Of a DNA stretch of 64,000 nt, positions 30,460-38,984 are shown in pieces. The stretch is from NCBI GenBank assembly GCA_965216875.1, contig OZ244207.1, positions 3,296,001 through 3,360,000 on the forward strand. Reading direction: 5' to 3'. Each line of letters opens with the position of its first letter. Within the stretch, counting starts at the first letter, position 1. A program made the position numbers and the translations under genes. This stretch comes from Rubripirellula sp. (GTDB lineage: Bacteria; Planctomycetota; Planctomycetia; Pirellulales; Pirellulaceae). The notes below the pieces were generated by a model. That model made no database searches, had not been told where the DNA came from, and worked only from the letters and a program-made list of their open reading frames with translations.

Positions 30460-31077
30460 TTAGTAGAGCGCGTCGATTGCCAGTTGGCTCCAAGTTTCCA
30501 AGCGGTCGCGTTCTTCGCGCAATTGCTTGACGCTGACAAATCCACCTTCGGCCAAGTCGGCTTCGTTACTGGTCACCTGAGGCTGATCGAGAATGAACCG
30601 ATGAACAACGCCCAAGTGAACTTGCCCCACTTCATTCGATGGATCGTAGATCAAACCGACCCGAGCATCTTGGTAGCTCGAACCAAGTTGGACCTCTTCG
30701 GCTAGTTCACGTTCCATTCCAATGGTGTAAGGGTCACCGCCGTCGGCCGCATCTTCACGACTAATATGACCGCCGATGCCAACGCTCCGCTTGGCATGCA
30801 ATCGGGCTTCGCCCGAACCACCACCGCGGGTGTAGGTGAAGAGCTGGACTTCGCCGTCGTTATCGGTCCACTGCATCAAGACGTACGGAATCAATTGCTT
30901 GTAGCTCGGATCGGTTTCCATCGGCCCGCGCGGCTGAAAAGAAAGCTGATCACTGGCAAGAATCGGCTTCAGGAAGCGATCAACGTCCGACTCGAAACCC
31001 TCGATCGTTCCGATCTCTTGAATCACGGCCTCGGGAACAACCAGAATGTGTTCTTCTTGCGTGGACGTCGACGACAT
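30460..31077 (-). CDS. NUDIX-family phosphoesterase
   Basis: ETDPSYKQLIPY, EARLHAKRSVGIGGHI, GMERELAEEV (Nudix box), VGQVHLG, ETWSQ. Confidence 0.85.
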   Translation of the reverse strand: MSSTSTQEEHILVVPEAVIQEIGTIEGFESDVDRFLKPILASDQLSFQPRGPMETDPSYKQLIPYVLMQWTDNDGEVQLFTYTRGGGSGEARLHAKRSVGIGGHISREDAADGGDPYTIGMERELAEEVQLGSSYQDARVGLIYDPSNEVGQVHLGVVHRFILDQPQVTSNEADLAEGGFVSVKQLREERDRLETWSQLAIDALY

Positions 31078-31233
31078 GCAAAAGGCTCCTTGGTAAACCT
31101 GCGAAACGAAACGGGCTCAAGCACTAGAGTTGACGCGATGGCCGGATCCCACGCAAGGACGCCGACCAGGGATTCTGACCAGCCCCTTCCAACGCCTCGT
31201 TCTCAACGAACGTCCAACACTGGGTCGAAAACG

Positions 31234-31264
31234 AAAAACAGCGAGGCACGAAGCCTCGCTGTTT
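31234..31264 (-). terminator. Terminator downstream of sulfatase
   Basis: Minus strand AAACAGCGAGGC-TTCGT-GCCTCGCTGTTT-TT. Confidence 0.75.
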
Positions 31265-31297
31265 CGTCGTTCGATCGCAGGGATTCCTTCTGGGCGG

Positions 31298-32848
31298 CTA
31301 TTTCGCCTGACGATTGATCGGCTCGTCGACGACCATCGACTTGGGGAAGTCCGCCGACTCGTTGCCACCCCGATCATCCCAGCGTTTGTTCTGGGAATTC
31401 CCTCTGGGTTGGTTCATCGGGATGTCCATCCCGCCCGCATCACCAAGCATCGCGTAGAGTTTGTTTTCCATCTCTTTAGCGACCTGCTTGTAATCGGGAT
31501 TGTTGATCAAGTTCTTCGTTTCACCTGGATCCGTGGTGAGATCATAAAGCTCGTCAACGTCCCACAGACCGTAGTAGGTGATGTACTTGAAACGATCACC
31601 GCGAAGAGCAAACTGCGTCGGCGACTGAGGGAAGTTCTTCTCCCAGTAATAGACGTAAAGGAAGTAGTCGCGCCACGGCATGTCGGGGCTATTGGGCAGC
31701 TCCAAAAAGCTCTGGCCGTCCATGTAGTCGGGCGTGTTCAAGCCAGCGGCATGCAGGATCGTTGGTCCAACGTCGATGTTTCCGATCACCTGTTCAACAA
31801 CTTTGCCCCCTTCATACAAGTCCGGGCATTGCATCATCATCGGAACACGAATCGATTCTTCGTAGGAAACACGCTTGTCAATCAAACCGTGCTCGCCCCA
31901 CATGAATCCATTGTCGCCCATATAAACGACAAGCGTTTCATCGTGGATGCCCATCTTCTTTAGCTGACCGAGCACGCGGCCCACACTGTCGTCGACCGCC
32001 AACAGCGACTCGCAGTAACGACGGTAGAGGTAGTCGAGACCATTGTTGCTGTGATACGAAAAATCGATTCCATGCCAACTGTTGCGTTGATCTCGAACCC
32101 AACGCGGGGCATCATTCTCGGCCGTGATCTCTTTTCCGCGCGGCAAGAAAGTCAAATCCGCGTCTTTGTAGCGATCCGCATGTCGCTTTGCCGGTGTGAA
32201 ATTCGAGTGGACGGCTTTGTGTGAAAGGTACAGAAAGAAAGGTTCGTCGCTCTCTTTTTGTGTCTCCAGCCAATCGACCGCATAGTCGGTCAATTCGTCG
32301 GTGATGTATCCCTTTTGCTTCACTCGCTCGCCGTTCACGTTCAACGTGTAACGAGGTCCCGGCGGAAGGTAGTTGCCTTGACCGCGGAAGCTGACCCAAT
32401 GGTCAAAGCCGGGACGGGGGTCATCGTGATGGCCGCCCATATGCCACTTGCCGATGAACGCTGTCGAGTAGCCCGCCTTTTTCAGGTACTGAGGAAAGAA
32501 GACCGTTCCGTCTGGAACCAACCGGTTGTTGTCGATCACACGATGCTTGTGCGTGTAAAGCCCGGTCAAGATCGACGCTCGACTGGGCGAACAAAGCGAC
32601 GTGGTCACAAACGCATTCTTCAAATGCACGCCATTGGAAGCGAGCGAATCGAGGTGAGGCGTTTCAAGAAAGGGGTGCCCAGCAAACCCCATCGCGTCAT
32701 AACGATGATCGTCTGTCAGGATGAAAACGACATTGCGTGGCTTGACGCCGTCGCGTTTGGAGGTCGCCGGAAGAGGCTGGCTCATCGCTTCAGAAGCAAA
32801 ACATGCTAGAAGCGCAAAGGAAAGGAAAAGGGACAATTCCCGCTGCAT
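31298..32848 (-). CDS. Formylglycine-dependent sulfatase (exported)
   Basis: NVVFILTDD, CSPSRASILTG, GKWH, GDNG..GEHG..DKR; start set at MQRELS. Confidence 0.95.
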   Translation of the reverse strand: MQRELSLFLSFALLACFASEAMSQPLPATSKRDGVKPRNVVFILTDDHRYDAMGFAGHPFLETPHLDSLASNGVHLKNAFVTTSLCSPSRASILTGLYTHKHRVIDNNRLVPDGTVFFPQYLKKAGYSTAFIGKWHMGGHHDDPRPGFDHWVSFRGQGNYLPPGPRYTLNVNGERVKQKGYITDELTDYAVDWLETQKESDEPFFLYLSHKAVHSNFTPAKRHADRYKDADLTFLPRGKEITAENDAPRWVRDQRNSWHGIDFSYHSNNGLDYLYRRYCESLLAVDDSVGRVLGQLKKMGIHDETLVVYMGDNGFMWGEHGLIDKRVSYEESIRVPMMMQCPDLYEGGKVVEQVIGNIDVGPTILHAAGLNTPDYMDGQSFLELPNSPDMPWRDYFLYVYYWEKNFPQSPTQFALRGDRFKYITYYGLWDVDELYDLTTDPGETKNLINNPDYKQVAKEMENKLYAMLGDAGGMDIPMNQPRGNSQNKRWDDRGGNESADFPKSMVVDEPINRQAK

Positions 32849-33030
32849 CGAATGGTCTCCGCAAGGTGAGGGTGTGTGGTGGTCGCGGCACGCACAAGAG
32901 ACCGTTCGCAGCAGCGGTCTTACACGAGCTTTTTCGCTGATCGAACCAACAAGTTCGACCGCAAGCATCCTAACTCAACCCACACCAAAAAGCGACGCGG
33001 GGAATGGCCACTCCGCTCACCTCGTTGCCC

Positions 33031-33078
33031 CTCGTCCCCACGGTCCCCGTGGGAACGCACTCTTGGCCGCTCCGCGGC
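33031..33078. repeat. REP-like palindrome TCGTCCCCACG..CGTGGGAACG plus GCCGCTCCGCGGC
   Basis: Imperfect palindromes in an intergenic region; single copy in window. Confidence 0.45.
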
Positions 33079-33229
33079 TCTGCCACTGAGCCGCGATCGC
33101 GAAAGCGGCCGGGCCTTGGTTTTCTTTTTGCAAAACAACGCGGCTCAAGAAAAACCGGCACGAGCACGGCGGATTGGAGTTGCGGTGCCGTGAGGTGAAT
33201 CGTCGGCTCAGGCTAACGCGTGTTTCAAA

Positions 33230-33342
33230 AATCACCCTCCCGCTTGCGGGAGGGTCGGACGCAAAGTCCGGGGAGGGAATGATTCTCTTGAAACAGACCC
33301 TCTCCGGGCCTTAGAGCCCGACTCTCCCAAGGGAGAGTGTTA
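33230..33342. repeat. ~110-bp dispersed element, copy 2
   Basis: Arms nearly identical to 12574-12685, central spacer different. Confidence 0.9.
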
Positions 33343-33376
33343 TCGTGCGCAGCAACGGTGTCATGCACAGCATGAC

Positions 33377-33805
33377 CTACTCGTATTGGCGGGGTCCGAG
33401 AGACACCGATTCGGTGTCCCCGTTCTCGAGTTTGAATTGGATTTGCGGATCCGACTCGACTTCGATCAGTTCTTCCGAGCTCAACTCTTCGACCACTTTC
33501 CGTCGGGTCAATTCGATGTCCAAGAACTCGATCGCGATCTTCGCCACGCCTGCCGAGACCACGAGCGTCACACCAATGATTCGAACGGCGGGAATGGGCA
33601 AGAAGATGACACGTTTGCCGATTTCCCAAGAGATGATCTGAAAGCCGCGCAGCACGACTGCGGTCTCTTCGAGCGATTCCGTCTCGATCCCCTCCGCGGC
33701 CCCTTCGACCGCATCGGACACATCGCTCTTGGAGCACCCCACGGCGACAGGCACACTGATCGCAGCAGCGGACAACAACATATTTCGACGATTCATCCGT
33801 TTCAT
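33377..33805 (-). CDS. Hypothetical Tat-type lipoprotein
   Basis: MKRMNRRNMLLSAAAISVPVAVG-C (twin arginine plus lipobox); internal hydrophobic segment. Confidence 0.7.
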   Translation of the reverse strand: MKRMNRRNMLLSAAAISVPVAVGCSKSDVSDAVEGAAEGIETESLEETAVVLRGFQIISWEIGKRVIFLPIPAVRIIGVTLVVSAGVAKIAIEFLDIELTRRKVVEELSSEELIEVESDPQIQFKLENGDTESVSLGPRQYE

Positions 33806-34022
33806 GGTCTTTCGGACTCGCTCGAGTTCTACTTTCTTCATCCGCGAAACAAGCGAAGCGTTGTTCCGGCATCCTGGTTGTGCGGAGAACGTCCTTGTGC
33901 GGAGAACGTTTCCAACATCCACCAAGGCCAAGATGGTAAAAAGTTTGGGCGCGCCGATCCAGATTGAACCGCTTGCTTGTGATAACCATCACGAGCGGCA
34001 TTGCCACCACGGAGATTTCAAC

Positions 34023-35522
34023 ATGTTGATCCGCCTTTATGCGAGTTTGGTCGTCGTGGGCTGCGTCGGATTCATCCCCGCCGCCTCCGCCGAAGAGTCA
34101 TCCGCCACCCAAGAATCAAAGTCCAAACGGCCCAACATTGTTTGGATCGTTGGTGAGAATTTCGATTTGGATTTCGGTTGCTATGGCGCCGAGAACGTTG
34201 CCACGCCCAACGTCGACTCTCTCGCGGCTGATGGTGTGCGTTACACCAATGTCTTTTCAACATCGCCCGTTTGCGCCCCAAGTCGGTCGGCTTTTTTTGT
34301 CGGCATGTATGCGACCACCACCGACACACATCACATGCGTTCTCATCGCGAGGATGACTATCGTTTGCCCGATGGTGTGCGGCCCATCACGCATCGACTG
34401 CAAGAAGTTGGCTACCAAACCGTGAACCTCACGCACATCGGCGACAAGGTGGTTGGCACAGGCAAGCTCGATTTGAATTTTGTGAACGAGGGCGAGCTAT
34501 ACCAAAAGAAAACTTGGGCCGAGATCGACACAAAGCGTCCATTCTTTGTTCAGGTCAACATGCCCGAGGCGGAGTATGACATTTACGATCGCAAGTCGTC
34601 TGAAAAGAAACGTGTACCTTGGGTCGGCGAAGAGTGGCACCCTAAGGTTGCCACTGCTGAAAACGTAACGCCGCCACCCTATTACCCGGACCACCCAACC
34701 GTCCGAGAGGAATGGGCTCGCTACCTCAATTCTGCGAGCGGCATGGATGTGAGGATCGGTTGGATCCTTGAGCAGCTCAAGAAGGATGGCGTCTTCGACG
34801 ATACGGTCATCATCTTCTTTGGTGACAATGGTCGCCTCGAAGCCCGCGGCATCCATTGGTGCTTTGACAGCGGTCTGCACGTGCCAATGGTCATTCGATG
34901 GCCCGAACGTTTTGAAGTTCCCCATCACTTCAAGCCTGGGTCCGTTGACGAGCGAGTGATCTCGTTGATCGACCTCACCGCCACAACGCTTGCGATCGCC
35001 GGGATACGGATCCCACACTCGATGCAGGGACGACCGTTCTTGGGCAACGAGGTCGGCCCCGACCGCACCTATGCCTTCAGCGCTCGTGATCGGATCGACG
35101 AAACCGTGGTGCGTCAACGGTCGGTGCGTGGCAAACGTTTTCACTACGTTCGCAATTTCACTCCCGGTGCCGGATTCGGGACGCTGAATCGGTACAAAGA
35201 AAAGTGCTTTCTGGTCAAGCCACTGATGAGAAACTTGCAAGCCGAGGGCAAGCTTTCGGGGCCGCCACTGGAGCTGATGAAGCCCTTTGCGGCCGAGCAA
35301 CTTTTTGACACTCAAAGCGATCCGTTCGAGATCAATAACCTCGCCGATTCGAAGGATCCAACTCATCAACAGGCGCTTCGCGACATGCGTGCGGCCCTGA
35401 ACACTTGGATGATCGAGACGGGTGACCGAGGCCATATCGCCGAACCGCCCGACGTCGTCGCTCCCTTCCTGAAGGAGATGCACGATTGGTTTGGCACCCC
35501 CGACTGGGCCGCCGCTCCTTGA
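34023..35522 (+). CDS. Formylglycine-dependent sulfatase (exported)
   Basis: Signal peptide; RPNIVWIVGEN, CAPSRSAFFVG, FGDNG; GGAG RBS. Confidence 0.93.
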   Translation: MLIRLYASLVVVGCVGFIPAASAEESSATQESKSKRPNIVWIVGENFDLDFGCYGAENVATPNVDSLAADGVRYTNVFSTSPVCAPSRSAFFVGMYATTTDTHHMRSHREDDYRLPDGVRPITHRLQEVGYQTVNLTHIGDKVVGTGKLDLNFVNEGELYQKKTWAEIDTKRPFFVQVNMPEAEYDIYDRKSSEKKRVPWVGEEWHPKVATAENVTPPPYYPDHPTVREEWARYLNSASGMDVRIGWILEQLKKDGVFDDTVIIFFGDNGRLEARGIHWCFDSGLHVPMVIRWPERFEVPHHFKPGSVDERVISLIDLTATTLAIAGIRIPHSMQGRPFLGNEVGPDRTYAFSARDRIDETVVRQRSVRGKRFHYVRNFTPGAGFGTLNRYKEKCFLVKPLMRNLQAEGKLSGPPLELMKPFAAEQLFDTQSDPFEINNLADSKDPTHQQALRDMRAALNTWMIETGDRGHIAEPPDVVAPFLKEMHDWFGTPDWAAAP

Positions 35523-35754
35523 ATCAAACCGCGAACCCACGGCCTGATTCTGCCCTCTTTTTTGCCGGATTCACCGCTGTTTTGTGAATCCAAAATGAAT
35601 CGTTGGTGCGCCGGTAGGACCGATTCGAGGCTCGGTTTATACTGTGAATTGGTGGCTCGGGCATCCCGATCGAGGACAGTCACTCATCGAAGGCGGCCGA
35701 AAGCCCGCTGCCGCGTCCACCACAATCCTTTTCCGGCGAACCAGGAGGTTTTGC

Positions 35755-36498
35755 ATGAGCCAGTACGGCGCCTTCAGTGATGATTTCTATCTGAACATGA
35801 ATCTGTCGACCGAGATGGAGCTACCCCAGGGTCGCGAATCGGTCCTGCATTTCTTTGAACAGATCCGGCGCCGCTACCCGAAAATGCAAAACTTCTACTC
35901 GCGAGACAAAGGCGAGTTCGTCCTCGAAGAAGAGAAAGATGCCGGCGCCTACCGCTGGGCATCCTGCGAAGCCAAACGGGTCAATAGCGGCGTCGTCAAT
36001 CCAGACTCGTTCGAGAGTGCCGCCGAGCAGCATCGTTCGATCCTGGAGATGGTGCCTTACGAACTGTCGATCAGCCCGCTCGATTGCGAGTCGGTAAGTG
36101 TGATGTTGGGGTTCGATTTTGCCTATCGTGGCAACCACAACGAAATCCTTGCCGAAGCCATTGGAATCGCACCAGGACTCGAACGTTTCTCACAGGTCCC
36201 CTACGGCAAACTTCTGTCACACGAGCCTGCGATTCAGTTTGCGCTCGACGAGGAATGTCGGACTCAGTGCCGGGTCAGCTTTGAATCACGCACCAATGCG
36301 TACCAGGTACGCACTGGCGAATACGGCGAAGACCAGTTGAGTGTTTATTTGACCGTCCGGCGGTTTGACAGTCTTGGGGTTGGTGAAACGTTTATCGGTG
36401 AGTTCGATCGACTCGCTGCCCTCTGTCGTGACCTTGTCGACGAGTACTTGGTTGGCAGCGTGCTACGTCCGCTGCAACAAGCGATCTCGCTGCGTTAG
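35755..36498 (+). CDS. Hypothetical cytoplasmic protein
   Basis: AGGAGG RBS, TATACT-like -10 at 35638; globular composition; no family recognised. Confidence 0.8.
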   Translation: MSQYGAFSDDFYLNMNLSTEMELPQGRESVLHFFEQIRRRYPKMQNFYSRDKGEFVLEEEKDAGAYRWASCEAKRVNSGVVNPDSFESAAEQHRSILEMVPYELSISPLDCESVSVMLGFDFAYRGNHNEILAEAIGIAPGLERFSQVPYGKLLSHEPAIQFALDEECRTQCRVSFESRTNAYQVRTGEYGEDQLSVYLTVRRFDSLGVGETFIGEFDRLAALCRDLVDEYLVGSVLRPLQQAISLR

Positions 36499-36541
36499 GC
36501 GACGGTCGCAACAAACCCATCCCCCAAACGCAGGTTCGCTC

Positions 36542-37702
36542 GTGTGGGACGCGTCGCTGATCGGTTTCTCGATCCTAAGTGCAGTGATGTCCGCCAGTCT
36601 TGGCGTCGCGTTTGTCTACACGTTGCGACTGGTCGGACAGGTCTCTGTCGAACCGCTCCACGATGTCGGACCCGATGAGGGCCCGCAAGGAAAGGTAAGC
36701 GTCGTCATCCCGGCGCGCAACGAAGCCCTCGATATCGAAGCCTCGGTGCGAAGCGTTCTCGCGATGGAACACGTGGACCTGGAAGTGATCGTCGTCAACG
36801 ATCATTCAGAAGACGAAACAGGTACGATCCTCGACGCAATTGCGGCGGAAGATTCACGTTTGACCGTCGTTCATAACCCGCAGCTACGAGAAGGATGGCT
36901 CGGCAAACCAAACGCGATGGATGCGGGTGTCGCTCATGCCCACGGCGAGACGATTCTCTTTTCCGATGCCGATGTGCTGCATCACAGGTCGGAACTGGCA
37001 ACCGCACTCGATGTGATGCACCGCGAACAGCTAGACATGCTGAGCCTTTGTCCGCGTTTCCACTGTGACTCGCTTTTCGAGAACGTGGTCCTTCCGCATC
37101 TGTTCATCGCCGGAACCGTCCAATTCTGCCTGCAAGCGATCAACTCCCCCACTTCGCCGCACGGAGCGGCCGCAGGAGCATTCATTCTCCTGTCGCGTCA
37201 AAAGCTTGACGAGCTGGGCGGAATCCATGCGATTCGAAACGAATTCCTTGACGATGTTGCGATCGCTCACGAAGTCAAACGCAGGGGTGGCACAGCACGA
37301 TTACACTTTGCCCCCGAGCTTTCCGATGTGCGCCTGTTCAAAGGCAACCATCATGCAATCTGGGGGCTGACCAAAAACATCTTGGGCGCCGTCGACCACA
37401 TCGTGATGGCGATCCCTGCGATGTTCTTGCCGCTGGTGGTCTACTGGATACCACTGATTTGCTTCGGCATCGGACTGGCCAAAGGGTCCTTGCCGATGAC
37501 GATCGCCGGCGCCACGGCCTATGCAATTCAATGCCTGCTCTTGATTCCTGTCGCAAGGTACGTCCGCTTCAACCCCATGGTTGCGGTTCTATTTCCACTC
37601 GGCATCATTCCAGTGATGTGCAGCTTTTCCGCAGCACTCTACCACCGAGTGGTCAGCGGCTCGGTTGCCTGGCGCGGCCGAGTGATCCCGGTCACGTCTT
37701 AG
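36542..37702 (+). CDS. Membrane glycosyltransferase family 2 (HpnB/CrtQ-like architecture)
   Basis: VSVVIPARNE, VVNDHSED, GWLGKPNA, FSDAD, LDDVAIA; N- and C-terminal TM helices. Confidence 0.9.
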   Translation: MWDASLIGFSILSAVMSASLGVAFVYTLRLVGQVSVEPLHDVGPDEGPQGKVSVVIPARNEALDIEASVRSVLAMEHVDLEVIVVNDHSEDETGTILDAIAAEDSRLTVVHNPQLREGWLGKPNAMDAGVAHAHGETILFSDADVLHHRSELATALDVMHREQLDMLSLCPRFHCDSLFENVVLPHLFIAGTVQFCLQAINSPTSPHGAAAGAFILLSRQKLDELGGIHAIRNEFLDDVAIAHEVKRRGGTARLHFAPELSDVRLFKGNHHAIWGLTKNILGAVDHIVMAIPAMFLPLVVYWIPLICFGIGLAKGSLPMTIAGATAYAIQCLLLIPVARYVRFNPMVAVLFPLGIIPVMCSFSAALYHRVVSGSVAWRGRVIPVTS

Positions 37703-37721
37703 CGTCCCCCTACGTCCCCGC

Positions 37722-37830
37722 AATCACTCTCCCGCTTGCGGGAGGGTCGGACGTAAAGTCCGGGGAGGGAAAAATCCAAACAGCCCTCTCCGGGCCTTAG
37801 AGCCCGACTCTCCCAAGGGAGAGTGTTAAA
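37722..37830. repeat. ~110-bp dispersed element, copy 3
   Basis: Same arms as 12574 and 33230; lies between convergent genes. Confidence 0.9.
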
Positions 37831-37880
37831 TGGCCGAGTGGTCTAGCTCGTCGGATAGGCTGTTCCGCCGAAAGGCTGCA

Positions 37881-38792
37881 CTACGAACGGTACTTGCCAA
37901 CTGCCGTCACGGTCACTTCGCAAGTCACCTCGTTCGGATTGTCTGCCATCACCTCGAAGTCGCCAGTGTCGGGATCGGCTTTCGGTTCCTCGCCAACTGA
38001 GTTCCCGTAATAGTCGGGCTCGGCAGAGAGGACATCAAATGAACTCGATACCGGTCGCGTGAATTCGAGCTGCGTCTTCGTGACGTCGCCGATCGTCTTG
38101 ATCTTTGCCTTGGTGTCACGAAAAGCCGACGCGATGGCATCACGGTAATCCGCCGCGGGCACAATCGCCATAAAGGTGAATGTCGGGTCACCTACCTTCG
38201 TTGTTTCCTCACCGTAGCTGTACTCACTCATCATCGCTTCCATCTCGACAGCCAACTCTTCCTGAGCGGCCGAGACAGGTTGCTTGTCCGCGCTGCTGGC
38301 AACATCGCGTTTACGTATCTTTTCTGTTAGCGATTTCGTTTCAACGATTCGTTGCAGGTCATCATCACCCGGCAGCGGCCATCTCGCGGTCAGTGTTTGA
38401 AGAATCGACACGCTACGCGTTTGCTCGAGCATCTGTTTGCCCCGTTCGCCACCGCCATATTGCTGCATCATCATTTGCATACGCTGGGCCTCTTCCTGAG
38501 AACTGGTCCCCGAAAGCGTCGGCTTGCCCAGTTCGATGCTCTCGGCAATCGCCTCGAGTTCGACCAAGCGTTGCTTCGCGATATCGATACGTCGCTTCAG
38601 TTCTTCTGCGGCTTGCGGCAACTCGCTGCTACGTCCTTCGATCTGAACAGTCATCACGAGGAATTTCGGTGTCGCTTTGATTGCTGAGGTGGCCGTCGCA
38701 TAAACGCCATCGCTACCCGACCGACCCTCGTACTGTGCCGACGCCACCGACACGGCGCTGATCAGTAGCACCACAAACGCAATGATTCTCAT
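37881..38792 (-). CDS. Exported protein, SIMPL/DUF541-like
   Basis: Signal peptide; beta-strand start (GVYATATSAIKATP..VMTVQIE), helix, later AIASAFRDTKAK and terminal VTCEVTVTA strand; family call tentative. Confidence 0.6.
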   Translation of the reverse strand: MRIIAFVVLLISAVSVASAQYEGRSGSDGVYATATSAIKATPKFLVMTVQIEGRSSELPQAAEELKRRIDIAKQRLVELEAIAESIELGKPTLSGTSSQEEAQRMQMMMQQYGGGERGKQMLEQTRSVSILQTLTARWPLPGDDDLQRIVETKSLTEKIRKRDVASSADKQPVSAAQEELAVEMEAMMSEYSYGEETTKVGDPTFTFMAIVPAADYRDAIASAFRDTKAKIKTIGDVTKTQLEFTRPVSSSFDVLSAEPDYYGNSVGEEPKADPDTGDFEVMADNPNEVTCEVTVTAVGKYRS

Positions 38793-38984
38793 CTCTCATC
38801 CTGTTGAAGTAAGCCAAATGAAGTTGATAAGTCTCGATCGTCGCGAATCGAAGATTCCTTCGGACGAATGTCCCAATCAAGATGCGTGCCCCGGATAGTG
38901 GCCCGGAACGTGTCTTGCGATCAAGCCCTGAAAAGTCCTGCCTCATGACGCGCTAAAGCAACGCGTTGGCAACGTTCTCGCAAG

